Below, in pieces: positions 48,756 through 59,251 of a DNA stretch of 64,000 nt (the stretch's first letter is position 1; every line of letters begins with the position of its first letter). Where the stretch lies: positions 25,267 through 89,266 of the forward strand of contig JBEKBM010000010.1 of assembly GCA_050015395.1 (NCBI GenBank). The letters are read 5' to 3'. The position numbers were made by a program, and so were the translations under genes. The DNA is from Candidatus Bathyarchaeia archaeon. Its GTDB lineage: Archaea > Thermoproteota > Bathyarchaeia > Bathyarchaeales > Bathycorpusculaceae. Under the pieces are notes generated by a model that did no database searches, had not been told where the DNA came from, and saw only the letters and a list, made by a program, of their open reading frames with translations.

Positions 48756-50699
48756 ATGTTAAACCTAATGAATAAATTAACGTTTTCACGCTCAGCGGTT
48801 AGTAAGCTTCAAGCAATCATTCTTCTCATTGTAGTAATATTTGGCGCACTGGTAGCGGTTAACTATTTCTATCAAAGTCAGCTTATGTCGCCGCAGCCGA
48901 CTCCTTCGCCCTCGCCTTCGCCCTCGCCTTCTCCTTCGCCCATGCCTTCCACTGCGCCAGCTGCATTAAAATACTCCAATTTAAACGTAGAGCCAACTGA
49001 GGCTTGGCCTGGGCAACTGGTCAACGCTTCCCTGGATGTCAGCAACACAGGAAGCGAAAACATCAGTTATTTGCTACCTTTCTCAGTGAACGGTGTAGTT
49101 AACCAAACTGTTGAGGTGCAACTGGCAGGAGGAGCTTCCGAAACCGTAACGGCGACATTTAATGAGAGCAGTATTGGAACTTACCAGTTAACTGCCGGAG
49201 GGCAAAGCAATCAATTTAGCATCGTTCCAACAGGCGAATACACGTTGCACTATATTTCCAGCGCCAATGGGTTTCCCTTCACTTTGGACGGCGTGTCTGA
49301 AGTTTCCCCGTTCTCTGGACTGGTAGCTGCTGGACCACATACAATTGCTGTTCCGTCTGTAGCCCAAATTGAAGTTGGCGGTTGGGGTCTTGTTTCATAC
49401 GACTTTTCGAGCTGGAACAGCGGAAGTACTAGCCTTACTCAAACATTTAACGTGCAGGGTGAGACTTACGCGGTGACAAATTATATTAGGCAAGGTTCAT
49501 GTCCCTCCTTGGAAGTCTGGAACGGAACGGGCTATAGTTACGTTGGAGAAGTCAATGACGGCACAGGCTGGCTAGGCTACTTGGAGTATTTTCAACCTGA
49601 TGGCTCAATGGTTTTCTCTTACAACTACCCATATGACTACATGAAACTGGATTCAACTCAACTGCAGCCACTCAACGGATTTTACAACTTTAAAATCGCT
49701 GAGCTGTCCGACGAAATCTTCTATCTCGACTCAGTCAAAATGATTGCCGTAGATCAACCCGCAGACGTGAATGTGTTTTCTACCGCGAGCACATTCATAT
49801 ACAATCTTACAGGTCAAGGAACAATTTACACGGTAAGCGACAACTTAGCTACACCAGTCTCCGCGGTAAATGGAACAGGACAAAATGTTCTGCCATTAAT
49901 CTCCAAGCTGGACGGAAACTTCACAACTGGAACCACATGGGCATGGCAAAGCCTAACGCTTAATATAGGCAACCTAACCGGCGCACAAGAGATCAACCTA
50001 GTAGTTGCAGCCAAAATTACTTGGCCAACCACCCAAGCTGGAGGCGAAAACTTCCTAAACTACGCCAACCAACCAGGAGTAACGCCTTCCCCGCCGCCCT
50101 ACATGCAAGTAATGGCGCCAAACGGAAGCTGGGTTAATGTCCCTGACGACCGAGAGTTTCCGATACCTCATGTAACGGACAGTGAATTTGTCGTCAACTT
50201 AACAGGCCTCTTTCCAACTAACAATTACGAATTAAAAATTAACTACTACCAAGACATTCAGTTCGATTACATAGGCATCAGCACGACACTCCAGCAGAAC
50301 ATAATTGTTCACACCATAACGCCCTCATCCGCTAATTTGGAGCAAGCATTCGGCGTAAACTCAAACTCCAGCGGAGCATTCACAAAGTACGGCGACGTTA
50401 CAGCGCTGCTGCAGTCCGCCGACGACAAGTTCGTCATCGGACGAGAAGGAGACGTGGTTTCAATACAATTTTCTGCAAACCTGCCGCCTGTTCCAAAAGG
50501 TTGGGTAAGAGACTACTTTATCGTCGCCAGCTGCTGGTTCAAAGGCGAAGGCTTGCCCTACGTCCCATTCACGGTTAATCCGCTTCCATTCCAAGCAATG
50601 ACCAGTTTTCCATACCCATCAAACGAAAGTTACCCCTATGACGCCGATCACCTAGCTTATCTGCAGGAATACAACACAAGAATAATTAATTCGCCTTAA
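48756..50699 (+). CDS. Membrane-anchored extracellular protein (Pro/Ser linker, CARDB-like Ig domain, large C-terminal domain)
   Basis: N-terminal TM, (PS)n linker at 48891-48950, VSNTG...VNG Ig-like segment, GSCPSLEVWNG. Confidence 0.75.
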   Translation: MLNLMNKLTFSRSAVSKLQAIILLIVVIFGALVAVNYFYQSQLMSPQPTPSPSPSPSPSPSPMPSTAPAALKYSNLNVEPTEAWPGQLVNASLDVSNTGSENISYLLPFSVNGVVNQTVEVQLAGGASETVTATFNESSIGTYQLTAGGQSNQFSIVPTGEYTLHYISSANGFPFTLDGVSEVSPFSGLVAAGPHTIAVPSVAQIEVGGWGLVSYDFSSWNSGSTSLTQTFNVQGETYAVTNYIRQGSCPSLEVWNGTGYSYVGEVNDGTGWLGYLEYFQPDGSMVFSYNYPYDYMKLDSTQLQPLNGFYNFKIAELSDEIFYLDSVKMIAVDQPADVNVFSTASTFIYNLTGQGTIYTVSDNLATPVSAVNGTGQNVLPLISKLDGNFTTGTTWAWQSLTLNIGNLTGAQEINLVVAAKITWPTTQAGGENFLNYANQPGVTPSPPPYMQVMAPNGSWVNVPDDREFPIPHVTDSEFVVNLTGLFPTNNYELKINYYQDIQFDYIGISTTLQQNIIVHTITPSSANLEQAFGVNSNSSGAFTKYGDVTALLQSADDKFVIGREGDVVSIQFSANLPPVPKGWVRDYFIVASCWFKGEGLPYVPFTVNPLPFQAMTSFPYPSNESYPYDADHLAYLQEYNTRIINSP

Positions 50700-50916
50700 A
50701 CTGCTTTTTCCAGTTGTTTCAAAAGCCTTGGTTGAAAAACATCAAAAGCGCTAAAGAGAAAGTCCTAATGCAGGTCCCAGAATAACGATACAAACTTTCT
50801 ACAGTCAATTTTTTTCTGTTTTCATTAATCATGCTCTAAAAATATTCCAACAAGCAAAGATAAAATAGGCTATAAAAACAATAAATGGTGAAGCAGAAGC
50901 TTGTTGGCTAAAACTT

Positions 50917-51006
50917 CTATTTCTGTGTTTTGCTTTCCTTTTCTTTACGTGCCTTTCTTTTCGCGTCTCTTTCTTTTTTAGTTAATGGTTTTTCTTTTTT
51001 GGGCAT
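50917..51006 (-). CDS. 29-aa Lys/Arg-rich mini-protein (not in ORF track)
   Basis: MPKKEKPLTKKERDAKRKARKEKESKTQK with GGAGA RBS, downstream of tfs. Confidence 0.55.
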   Translation of the reverse strand: MPKKEKPLTKKERDAKRKARKEKESKTQK

Positions 51007-51071
51007 TTGATATTCTCCGACGGTACTTTATGCGAATTACTGCTTTAATAACTTTCTAAAAACAAGCTAAC

Positions 51072-51413
51072 TTAACTGTATTCTCTGAAGGTGTGACCGC
51101 ATTTTGTGCAGCGCATGAATTGGGTTGATGCTTCATCGCCGCCTCGAGTCTGCACTTGCCAAACATAAACCATGTTGTTATCGCATTTCTCGCATTTCAT
51201 GTGAATCGTTGGCATTGTCTTGATTTTTTGTTCTTCTTCGCTTATAACAGTCAAAAATGGCTGGGATGTAGGTTGAATAACCTTAACCACCTTAGCCTGA
51301 GCCCTATTGCTCGCAGCCTGCTTAACATAGCTGCATTTTGAGCACGCGAGCACTATGGAGCCACCAGTTTTTTTAGGTTCAAGCCGGCAACCGCATTCTG
51401 GACAAAATTCCAT
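51072..51413 (-). CDS. tfs: Transcription factor S (TFS/RpoM)
   Basis: MEFCPECG...CSKC; C-terminal CEKC...QTRGGDEASTQFMRCTKC with acidic DE hairpin. Confidence 0.93.
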   Translation of the reverse strand: MEFCPECGCRLEPKKTGGSIVLACSKCSYVKQAASNRAQAKVVKVIQPTSQPFLTVISEEEQKIKTMPTIHMKCEKCDNNMVYVWQVQTRGGDEASTQFMRCTKCGHTFREYS

Positions 51414-51581
51414 AAATTAGAACCCTTCACAATTATTTCTTCATTACTAACAAGATAATCCGATATAAGCATTGTTTTTATTAAAGGAAATTCTGGTATC
51501 ATGTTGTAATTTGCAGTAAATTGATTTGAAAATAAAGCGCAAACTAAAATATCCTGCTTTATTAATCAGCAAGAGCGCAAA

Positions 51582-51929
51582 CTAAAAAAAAGAGGGCAAT
51601 GGGACCTTAAACTCTTCCAGCCAAACCTTGAGTTGTTTTTCATTTAAGCCCACGCCGAATTTTCCGTCAAGTCGTCCATAAACTTTGCCTTTATCAAAAA
51701 ATATGACGGTTGGGACTGCGTCTATAGAATAGTCATCCCATAATGGATTGTCATAATCGTCTAAGAGAACGTGGATGACGCTTCCAACGGTGAAGTTAAC
51801 CACTTTTTTATCAAAAACCGGGACAAAACTCATACAGTAAGGGCACCATGAAGCGTAAAATAACGCAAGAACTTTTTCATTAGTTTTTAATTGGCTGTTT
51901 AGATCTTGTTTGTTTTCAACTTGAATCAT
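51582..51929 (-). CDS. Thioredoxin-family protein
   Basis: FYASWCPYC and AVPT motifs. Confidence 0.9.
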   Translation of the reverse strand: MIQVENKQDLNSQLKTNEKVLALFYASWCPYCMSFVPVFDKKVVNFTVGSVIHVLLDDYDNPLWDDYSIDAVPTVIFFDKGKVYGRLDGKFGVGLNEKQLKVWLEEFKVPLPSFF

Positions 51930-52056
51930 TTTTCTCGTAGTTAAATCGGTTTTACGCTGTTCATAAACATGCCGTTTTTTAACTTACTTATCTAGAAACT
52001 GTAATGTAAAGTAAGCCTAAATAACTCAAACCTCAAATGGAATAAAGGAAAGAACA

Positions 52057-52779
52057 ATGACGCCGAAAGTTTATAGACGTGGGTATATTGTTGCGATTTT
52101 AGCGGGAATAGAGAATGATCATGCTGCTTTATGGCAAGTTTTCAGTCAAGTTGCTAAACACCAACAAACCATACCCTTAAACGGTGGCAGAAGCGACCCT
52201 AAAGCAGTATACAACTTTCATGAATCCATCGTAAACGCGTTAAGGCCAACGTTGAAAGAAGGTGTAAGAAGCATAATAGTAGCCTCTCCAGCAAAAACCA
52301 GTTACGCACAAGAATTCCAAAACCACATCAAAGCGCATCATTCGTGGCTTCTTCAAGGAGAAAACAAAGCAACATTCTCGCTGATAACAGGCTCAGCGAG
52401 CACGCCACCGCAAGTAGTGGCCTTAACAAAAACAGCCGTGTTCAAACAGTTAATTCAAGAAACAGCTTCTGAGGAAACCGAAAATCTGCTTGAAATCTTG
52501 GAGAAACGCCTCAACACAGCGGACAATCTTGTGCTTTTTTCGCTGGAAGAAGCAGAAAACCTCATCCTTGGCAAACAAGCAGCAGGAAAACCAAAACCTG
52601 AATACTTACTACTCACGGATAATTATCTTTCAAACAGCCGCCGAAAGAACAGAGTTCACAGGCTATTGCAGATTGCCAAAAACAGAAGCGTTAAAACAAG
52701 AATAATAAACGCTGAATCAACCGCGGGCATACGCCTCACACAGCTTGGCGGTCTCGTATGCTTGGCAAAAACAGATTAA
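52057..52779 (+). CDS. Pelota/aRF1-like protein (domains 2-3 only)
   Basis: SIIVASP middle-domain motif; C-terminal ESTAGIRLTQLGGLVCL resembles pelota EHEAGAKLLALGGIAAL. Confidence 0.65.
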   Translation: MTPKVYRRGYIVAILAGIENDHAALWQVFSQVAKHQQTIPLNGGRSDPKAVYNFHESIVNALRPTLKEGVRSIIVASPAKTSYAQEFQNHIKAHHSWLLQGENKATFSLITGSASTPPQVVALTKTAVFKQLIQETASEETENLLEILEKRLNTADNLVLFSLEEAENLILGKQAAGKPKPEYLLLTDNYLSNSRRKNRVHRLLQIAKNRSVKTRIINAESTAGIRLTQLGGLVCLAKTD

Positions 52780-52794
52780 AATACAAGGTGGCGG

Positions 52795-53526
52795 CTAAAG
52801 CAAGTTGGTTTGCTTTAACTCTTCAATAGAAATTTTGCCCGAATGCAAAGCAGTAGCCACCAATACCCCTGACACACCTAAATTCTTCAACTCGACCAAA
52901 TCCTTAATGTTTCTCACTCCTCCACCAACATAAATATCCATAGGCACTGCCTCAAGCGCTTCCTTCAAAAAATCAACGTTAACTCCTTCACCGCTACCAA
53001 CACGCGCCAAATCCAAAACAATAACCCCTGAAACACCCATTTCCTTAAACTCACGTAGAAGACACACGGGACTCTTGCAGCCAGCAAACCCCAATTTTAC
53101 AAGGACTATGTCGCCCTTCAAGTCCAAGCTAACAATGACGCGCTCGCTTCTAAAAAGCCTCACCGCTTCACCCACAAAACTTTTACTTTGCAGCGTTTCG
53201 GTTCCAATAACAACTTTGGAAACTCCGCAATCCAGCAATTTCTCCGCTGTTCCGAGGTCAGATACTCCAGCATCAACCATCAACTTAAGCCTAGTTTCCT
53301 TGGCGATACGTTTGAAAACCTGAAAATTCACGGGGCCACTGGTAATTGCGTCTAAATCAGCAATGTACAGTCCACCAAATCCAAGCGTTTTAAATGCTTT
53401 AGCCACTTCCAATGGTTCAACCGACTTGCACAGGATGCTTTGGAGCGGTTGATACTCTTGCCTTTTTCCTCGGACAGCATGGACCACTATGCCGTTTAAA
53501 ATGTCAATTACAGGTATAACCTTCAA
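52795..53526 (-). CDS. HisA/HisF-related TIM-barrel protein associated with methanofuran/C1 clusters
   Basis: IPVIDILNGIVVHAVRGKRQEY, YIADLDAI, LDLARVGSGEG and GGGVR motifs. Confidence 0.85.
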   Translation of the reverse strand: MKVIPVIDILNGIVVHAVRGKRQEYQPLQSILCKSVEPLEVAKAFKTLGFGGLYIADLDAITSGPVNFQVFKRIAKETRLKLMVDAGVSDLGTAEKLLDCGVSKVVIGTETLQSKSFVGEAVRLFRSERVIVSLDLKGDIVLVKLGFAGCKSPVCLLREFKEMGVSGVIVLDLARVGSGEGVNVDFLKEALEAVPMDIYVGGGVRNIKDLVELKNLGVSGVLVATALHSGKISIEELKQTNLL

Positions 53527-53631
53527 GCTCTCACCTTACCCGTGAATTGACTCTCCACAAATAGAAAAACCTAACCATCGCTACAGCAAAACTTTAAAGG
53601 CACCATCAATCCGCATCAATAAGGATGCTAA

Positions 53632-54372
53632 TTGAAGCTACTCATAAGCCCCATGAATGAAAAAGAAGCCTCTGAAGCCATCGCTGGAGGCGCCGACATA
53701 ATAGATGTCAAGAACCCTCAAGAGGGCGCATTAGGCGCGAATTTTCCATGGGTTATTAAGCGAATAAGGGAAATTGCGCCGAGAAAGATCCAAGTGAGCT
53801 GCGCATTGGGGGATGTTCCGAACCTTCCAGGATCCATATCATTGGCTGCGTTGGGAGCAGCATCGCTTGGTGTTGATTATATTAAAGTGGGGCTTTACGG
53901 ATTCAAAACCCCCAGAGAAGCCGTCTTTTTATTGCAGAACGTCAACAAAGCAGCCAAAGAATGCAACCCTAAAATCAAAGTGGTTGCCACTGGCTACGCT
54001 GATGCAGAAAGAATAAGCACATTAGACCCAATGCTCATTCCCGAAATAGCTTCTTTGGCTCAAGTAGACTTAGCAATGATTGACACAGCAGTTAAGGACG
54101 GCAAAAACATATTCAATTTCTTAGCCGTCAAGCAACTTGAAAAATTCGTAGACGAAGCGCATAAACTGGGCTTGGAGGCGGCGTTGGCAGGTTCGCTGAG
54201 AAAGCAGGATTTACCTGTGGTTTATGGTTTAGGTGCTGATGTGGCAGGTTTACGCGGTGCAGCCTGCACAAACAACGACAGAGACAATGGTCAAATCACC
54301 AGAAAACTGGTACATGAGCTAGTCGAAACTGTTAAGCAAGCGGAAAAGCAAGCCAACACAAAGAGGGCTTAA
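53632..54372 (+). CDS. mfnB: (5-formylfuran-3-yl)methyl phosphate synthase
   Basis: LLISP...GGADIIDVKNPQEGALGANFPW, MIDTAVKDG and GLRGAAC motifs. Confidence 0.93.
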   Translation: MKLLISPMNEKEASEAIAGGADIIDVKNPQEGALGANFPWVIKRIREIAPRKIQVSCALGDVPNLPGSISLAALGAASLGVDYIKVGLYGFKTPREAVFLLQNVNKAAKECNPKIKVVATGYADAERISTLDPMLIPEIASLAQVDLAMIDTAVKDGKNIFNFLAVKQLEKFVDEAHKLGLEAALAGSLRKQDLPVVYGLGADVAGLRGAACTNNDRDNGQITRKLVHELVETVKQAEKQANTKRA

Positions 54373-54375
54373 CTA

Positions 54376-55518
54376 TTGCATGCTAAGGGGGTAAGCAAAA
54401 AAACAGTGCTGGCTGAACTCAAAAGAATCCGTGAACAAGACCAGCGGTATGATGACGGGAAAATTTTGTGTTCAATGTGCACAAAACCCCATCCTATAGC
54501 AGAAAAGGCTTATCAACTTTTTTTAAGCTCCAATCTGGGTGACTCAGGGCTCTTTCCTGGAAGCCTCCAACTTGAAAAAGAAGTCATAAACCAACTGGCA
54601 ACGCTTCTTCACGGTGAAAACTGCGTTGGCCATCTTGTCTCGGGTGGAACAGAAGCAAATTTAATGGCGCTCTTAGCCGCAAGAAACATGACGCAAGTCA
54701 GTCAACCCGAAGTGGTTTTGCCAGAGTCCGCTCATTTCTCTTTCACTAAAATTTGCAACCTGTTGAATATGAAGCCTGTCTATGCAGGTTTAGATAGCTC
54801 TTTTAGAGTTGATTCTTCGTCAGTTGAAAAATGCGTCAGCAAGAACACAGTCACCATAGTTGGCACGGCTGGAACAGCTGAACTGGGCGCTGTCGACCCC
54901 ATCGAGGAGCTATCTCATATTGCTTTAGAGCATAATGTTTGGTTGCATGTTGATGCAGCCTTCGGCGGTTTAGTCATCCCGTTTCTCAAAAATGCTAAGT
55001 ACAAATTTGATTTCACTTTAGACGCTGTGAAATCTATGACGGTTGACCCGCACAAGATGGGTTTGGCGGCAATCCCCTCTGGAGGAATCATTTTTAGAGA
55101 CAGCAAAGCCCTGGATTTTATCAAAACTGAAACGCCTTACTTAACCGACCCGTATCAGTACACGTTTGTTGGGACAAGAACAGGCGCCGCCGCTGCTTCG
55201 GCATGGGCAGTTTTCAGATCGCTCGGTATGGACGGGTTCAAAAAAGTGGTGAGCAACTGCATGAAAACAACCCAGCTTTTCGCTGATGGGCTGAGTGATG
55301 CGGGTTTTAAACTTGTTGTGGAGCCAACGCTGAACATAGTGGCTTTCCGCAGCAACAAGGGCACCAAGCATTTGGCAGAAAAGCTTTGGGAAAGCGGCTG
55401 GTTTGTCTCTTATGTTCCACGATATGACTGCATCAGAATTGTTGTGATGCCTCACGTTAAGAAACGATGTGCTATAGCTTTTCTGGAAGATGCAATTAAG
55501 TATGACAAAGATAGCTAG
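54376..55518 (+). CDS. mfnA: PLP-dependent tyrosine/aspartate decarboxylase
   Basis: SMCTKPHP, NLGDSGLFPG, HVDAAFGG, VDPHKMG and GTRTG motifs. Confidence 0.92.
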   Translation: MHAKGVSKKTVLAELKRIREQDQRYDDGKILCSMCTKPHPIAEKAYQLFLSSNLGDSGLFPGSLQLEKEVINQLATLLHGENCVGHLVSGGTEANLMALLAARNMTQVSQPEVVLPESAHFSFTKICNLLNMKPVYAGLDSSFRVDSSSVEKCVSKNTVTIVGTAGTAELGAVDPIEELSHIALEHNVWLHVDAAFGGLVIPFLKNAKYKFDFTLDAVKSMTVDPHKMGLAAIPSGGIIFRDSKALDFIKTETPYLTDPYQYTFVGTRTGAAAASAWAVFRSLGMDGFKKVVSNCMKTTQLFADGLSDAGFKLVVEPTLNIVAFRSNKGTKHLAEKLWESGWFVSYVPRYDCIRIVVMPHVKKRCAIAFLEDAIKYDKDS

Positions 55519-55706
55519 AATGATTTGGGTTTTGATCTTTGCGATATTTTATTAGTTTAAAGTAACCTTTTATTGGATTTGAAGGTTAGGCCAAAATGAG
55601 AACTGAAGATGATCTGCCCTTTACGAGACGCATGAAATACTTAACAAAAGCGCGTGCGCTCAAAAAATGTTTTTTTGATCTCGCCTTGAGACAAGCGGCA
55701 TTTTGT

Positions 55707-56498
55707 CTATTTTAATTCTTGCGCCTGCTTCCATACCGTTTCGAAGTAGTTTTGAAACACTTCTATAATTCCCGGATGGTCAAGAATTAGTTCCGTTGTT
55801 TCTACGGGGGTTCGATTTGGAAATAGATTGGTATGAAGGTCCTTTTTGTCAACGATCACAAATACTACCTTGGGCGAACTGAGAACGTACTTTATTTGGA
55901 AGCCTGGTACTTTTGCAAAGCGTTTAACATTCTTTTTGATTGAGGCAAAACTTGGCTCTTGGATAATCGTTCGGCATTTTACTCCTCGCTTGACGCATTC
56001 AAAATAATATTTTGATAATGCATTTATGCCGTAATGAAAGTCTTTTATGCTAAGTAGCATGTCTAAATTCGTTTGAGCAATTTGGCAATGTTTGATTATA
56101 TCTTTCGTTTGGCTGGTTTTTCCCTTGCTCATTATCTTGAATTCGTGTTCTTTCTCTTCGGATGTCTGGCTGTTTACCTTGTTTGCAGTTATCAATTGTT
56201 CGGCCTCGTTTCGGAGTTCGTTGTACTCGTTTTTTTTTCGTTCCATTAATGTTGAGATTCCCTCGTGTAGAGGGATTGCTTGGAAGAAGTTCGGAGTATC
56301 TACTAATCTTTCAACTAAGCCCATTTTTTGGAGTTGATCGATTACTTGGTAGGTGTTTGATCTATCTGCGCCTATAGCTCTTGCGATAGTCTGTATTTTT
56401 TCTTTTTTCATGTTGATCAAAGTTAGGTACATCTTGGCCTGCAATGGGGTTAGTCCTAGCTTGTGTAAGGTTTGAGCGCTTCGATCTTGGAGCTCCAT
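55707..56498 (-). CDS. TrmB-family transcriptional regulator
   Basis: LGLTPLQAKMYLTL...RSNTYQVIDQLQKMGLVE HTH; PLD-like C-domain (IVDKK...YFETVWKQA). Confidence 0.85.
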   Translation of the reverse strand: MELQDRSAQTLHKLGLTPLQAKMYLTLINMKKEKIQTIARAIGADRSNTYQVIDQLQKMGLVERLVDTPNFFQAIPLHEGISTLMERKKNEYNELRNEAEQLITANKVNSQTSEEKEHEFKIMSKGKTSQTKDIIKHCQIAQTNLDMLLSIKDFHYGINALSKYYFECVKRGVKCRTIIQEPSFASIKKNVKRFAKVPGFQIKYVLSSPKVVFVIVDKKDLHTNLFPNRTPVETTELILDHPGIIEVFQNYFETVWKQAQELK

Positions 56499-56547
56499 TT
56501 TTCTCTTCCTGAGACCTACTTTGTATTTTCTATAATTATAAATTACT

Positions 56548-56568
56548 GTTGTGTATGTTTTACACAAC
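56548..56568. promoter_or_regulatory. Palindromic operator candidate GTTGTGTA-N5-TACACAAC
   Basis: Perfect 8-bp arms between the divergent trmB-like and surface-protein genes, just upstream of TTTAAAA. Confidence 0.6.
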
Positions 56569-56632
56569 TACACTTTAAAAACTATCCTAAGCAAACGATG
56601 CTTGTTCATTAAAAATTAGAAGGAAAAGAAAA

Positions 56633-59251
56633 ATGCAAAAAATAAAAAGTAAAACTATGGCTATTCTTATTGCCTTATTATTGGTATTTTCAATGACAGC
56701 TTCAACGATGCTATTACCGAATGCTAACGCGCACACACCGCTGTGGACGATTCCAACCTATGCCTTTCTTGCTGCTAGCCCCAATCCCGTAGGAGTCAAC
56801 CAGAAAGTCGACATCAACTTCTGGATTGATAAGGTGCCTCCAACAGCGTTTGGTAATTATGGGATGGATTGGCACAATATGATAGTGACGGTAACGGAGC
56901 CTAACGGACAAAATCTGACACTTGGACCCTTAACTTCCGATGCTACTGGAGGCACATATACAACTTTTGTGCCTAACCAAGTTGGCAACTACACGCTAGT
57001 AGGTAACTTTCCAACACAAACAGTAACTAATGAGAATCCCTACCCATATACCCCGGGTCCCCTAATCGAAGCCGGTCTTGCTTTTTTAAATGATACTTAT
57101 ACCGCTAGCACCAGTAATACAGTAGTACTAAACGTACAACAGCAACCAATAGCCACATCTTATCCATCCACTCCGCTTCCAACAAGTTACTGGACAAATC
57201 CGGTAAATGCAGAGAACCAAAATTGGGCCGTGATTGATGGGAACTGGTTGGGTCTTGGAGGGGGAGCTTTCGCGAACACTGGAACGTATGATGCTAATTC
57301 AAACTACAATCCTTACACAACGGCGCCTGGCAGTGCTCATGTATTGTGGACTAAGCCTTTAGCTCTTGGAGGTTTAATCGGCGGAGAATACACCACCGAT
57401 ACTACAAACATCTATGCAACAGGAACAGCATACGAACCCAAATTCCAGCCAGTAATAATCGACGGAATACTTTATTACACACAATTTCCAGGGGCTGCAA
57501 ATGACTTTGGACCTTTAACCGCTGTTAGTCTCGCAACTGGGCAAACGTTATGGACAGAGAATACTCCCCAACCGCTAAAATGTGGCATGGTGTACAAGTT
57601 CCAGACAGGAGATCAGTACGGTGCACACGCTTATCTATTTACGGGGCCGGAGGGGGGATTAGGCTTAGGATTCGTTACAAATATCCAGAATCCACTCCCT
57701 AATGTGTGGTCGATGTATGACGCTATGACAGGTGCTTGGATACTGAACATTACTAACCCCAATCCCGGTATACTCGTAGATGGTCCAAACGGAGAAACTC
57801 TAAGCTACACAGTCGCAGGAGGTATGATGACTATGTGGAACGCAAGTCTATGCATTGCAACGGCATCAACGAACCTCTATTTCTATGTGGTTTACAGTTC
57901 TGGAGAAGTTTGGCGACCTCCTCAAGGAGCTGCGATTCCTTGGAGCGGAGGAAATCAATGGAGCGTACCGATAGCCACTAACATGTCAGGTGTACCCATC
58001 AGTCTAAGCCTTTCCGAAGTTTCTAATGGCGTAGCACTTCTGACTCAATCAGCGCCTACAGCTGAAGGCGGTGCCCAATCAGGTTGGGAAATCTTTGCAG
58101 GTTACAGCACAACTACTGGCCAACTACTATGGGGTCCGACAAACGTAACACTGCCAGTATGGACCAACGTAGATATTGTAGCTGGGGATGGAATCTTCGC
58201 GCTATACAACCAACAGGCAGCGACATTCACTGGATACAGCCTTACAACCGGAACACAACTATGGGGACCAACCACCCCTGAGAGCAGTCCTTGGTCTTAC
58301 TTCTCGTCACCGATTAGTGGTGAAATCATGGACGGAAGTCTTTACACATGGAACATAGGTGGACAAATCTATTGTTATAATATCACAACGGGAGCAGTAG
58401 AGTGGAGTTGGTCTGCCGGAAGCTCCGGATATAATACTCCCTACAGTAGTTATCCTTTATGGTTCTCTCCAATGCCCGATCTTGCTGACGGGATGATTTA
58501 CATGGCGTCAAGTCACGACTATACAACGCCCTTCTATCAAGGGGCCCAGCTATACTGCATAAATGCTACCAGCGGACAGGAACTATGGAGCACATTACTG
58601 TTTGGCGGTACCCAAGGAAATAGTCGCGCCATCGCGGACGGCGTCCTAGTATCGGATAACTGCTACGATAATCAGATATATGCATTTGGCATGGGACCTA
58701 GCAAAACCACCGTCACAGCACCTGACATCGGAGTAACAACTGCCACGCCAATAACGATAACTGGAACAGTAACCGACATCTCTCCAGGTGCGCAACAACA
58801 AGCAGTAGCAGCAAACTTCCCCAACGGTCTACCATGCGTTTCAGATGCTAGCATGAGCCAGTTCATGGAAGCCGTTTACCAACAGCAGTCAATGCCAACA
58901 AACGTGACTGGTGTTCCAGTCACCCTAAGTGTTGTTGACGCTAACGGCAACAGTAGAGTAATCGGCACCACTACAAGTGACGCTAGCGGCACATTTGCCT
59001 ACAATTGGACGCCTAACATCCCAGGCAATTACACTATAACCGCCACGTTTGCAGGTTCACAAGCATACTACGGATCTTCCGCTGAAACACACATCTATGC
59101 TAGCGCTGCACCAGGCGCAACTGCCGCACCCACAGCTACTCCGACATCTGTCGCTAACCTGTACTTTGTCCCCGCAATCGCCGGCCTATTCGTTCTAATC
59201 ATCGCAGTCCTCGCCGTAGTAGTACTCTCTATGCTTAGGAAGCGACCATAA
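56633..59251 (+). CDS. Large secreted PQQ-like beta-propeller surface protein with C-terminal TM anchor
   Basis: Signal peptide; repeated TGxxLW blades; many NxS/T sites; Thr/Pro linker, TM, RKRP. Confidence 0.85.
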   Translation: MQKIKSKTMAILIALLLVFSMTASTMLLPNANAHTPLWTIPTYAFLAASPNPVGVNQKVDINFWIDKVPPTAFGNYGMDWHNMIVTVTEPNGQNLTLGPLTSDATGGTYTTFVPNQVGNYTLVGNFPTQTVTNENPYPYTPGPLIEAGLAFLNDTYTASTSNTVVLNVQQQPIATSYPSTPLPTSYWTNPVNAENQNWAVIDGNWLGLGGGAFANTGTYDANSNYNPYTTAPGSAHVLWTKPLALGGLIGGEYTTDTTNIYATGTAYEPKFQPVIIDGILYYTQFPGAANDFGPLTAVSLATGQTLWTENTPQPLKCGMVYKFQTGDQYGAHAYLFTGPEGGLGLGFVTNIQNPLPNVWSMYDAMTGAWILNITNPNPGILVDGPNGETLSYTVAGGMMTMWNASLCIATASTNLYFYVVYSSGEVWRPPQGAAIPWSGGNQWSVPIATNMSGVPISLSLSEVSNGVALLTQSAPTAEGGAQSGWEIFAGYSTTTGQLLWGPTNVTLPVWTNVDIVAGDGIFALYNQQAATFTGYSLTTGTQLWGPTTPESSPWSYFSSPISGEIMDGSLYTWNIGGQIYCYNITTGAVEWSWSAGSSGYNTPYSSYPLWFSPMPDLADGMIYMASSHDYTTPFYQGAQLYCINATSGQELWSTLLFGGTQGNSRAIADGVLVSDNCYDNQIYAFGMGPSKTTVTAPDIGVTTATPITITGTVTDISPGAQQQAVAANFPNGLPCVSDASMSQFMEAVYQQQSMPTNVTGVPVTLSVVDANGNSRVIGTTTSDASGTFAYNWTPNIPGNYTITATFAGSQAYYGSSAETHIYASAAPGATAAPTATPTSVANLYFVPAIAGLFVLIIAVLAVVVLSMLRKRP

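Noticed and set aside
48891-48950. 6-bp tandem repeat as a contingency locus
   Set aside because: It encodes an ordinary in-frame Pro/Ser linker with synonymous variation.
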